Positions 16,761-17,011 of a stretch of DNA of 17,011 nucleotides are shown here, piece after piece. The notes beneath the pieces were generated by a model. The model saw only the letters and a list, made by a program, of their open reading frames with translations. It had not been told where the DNA came from and searched no databases. The stretch comes from an uncultured archaeon (lineage in GTDB: Archaea > Asgardarchaeota > Thorarchaeia > Thorarchaeales > Thorarchaeaceae), in contig CAYYQL010000047.1 of assembly GCA_964473825.1 (NCBI GenBank), positions 1 through 17,011 on the forward strand, given 5' to 3'. Position 1 is the stretch's first letter, and each line of letters begins with the position of its first letter. Made by a program: the position numbers and the translations under genes.

Positions 16761-17011
16761 TTAGCGCCATAAAAGATCAATGATGGGTCCGGCGCGCAGC
16801 TTTCCTTCCTGCTCAATGAGGTTTCGAAGCAAGTCTGCAGATGTCTGATAGTGCAAGAACGCCGACTTGACTGATTCATGGTCGTCTTCGTCAATCTCAA
16901 CAATCATGTGTTGAAAGATCTCCTTATGATCTGCGATTGTTGGAGGTATGCCATGCAGAAAGAGAATGGTTTCGGAGGCATGGTTTCTCACAAGATAGTC
17001 TGGATCGTTCG
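16761..17011 (-). CDS. 3' end of a HEAT-repeat-like hypothetical protein (partial, runs off the window)
   Basis: The frame of the listed 76-aa ORF stays open to the window edge, reading NDPDYLVRNHASETILFLHG..., which fits the HEAT motif D.D..VR..A. TAA is at 16763-16761, convergent with the giant gene. Confidence 0.65.
   Translation of the reverse strand, partial: NDPDYLVRNHASETILFLHGIPPTIADHKEIFQHMIVEIDEDDHESVKSAFLHYQTSADLLRNLIEQEGKLRAGPIIDLLWR

Noticed and set aside
16688-16903. 71-aa minus-strand ORF
   Set aside because: It overlaps the better-supported HEAT-like frame and has no recognisable features.

Overview
Almost the whole window (239..16652, + strand) is one giant, apparently secreted multidomain gene. 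It appears as two ORFs (239..2749 and 2679..16652) because of a single +1 frameshift, best placed at the GGG at 2660-2662. Removing one G gives a 5470-aa protein. Its domain order is: Sec-type signal peptide; family-5 (oligopeptide/dipeptide/nickel) ABC solute-binding domain with circularly permuted motif order; Ser/Thr/Pro linker; internal propeptide-like segment; S8 subtilase (Asp in ORF1, His/Asn/Ser in ORF2, with a ~245-aa insert between Asp and His); PPC-like and Ig-like beta domains; ~740-aa NosD/pectin-lyase-like beta-helix; 24 tandem ~90-94-aa Ig-like repeats; DUF11-like domain; helical C-terminal domain. No C-terminal transmembrane anchor is visible. An archaeal-type BRE/TATA promoter with a palindrome and a direct repeat lies upstream, and the 3' end of a convergent HEAT-repeat-like gene closes the window. 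The promoter, sequon density and domain style suggest an archaeon, reminiscent of Asgard/Thorarchaeota, but this is inference and has not been verified. The most interesting signal is the fusion of a peptide-binding protein to a protease on a long stalk, a possible 'cut-and-capture' peptide-foraging machine.
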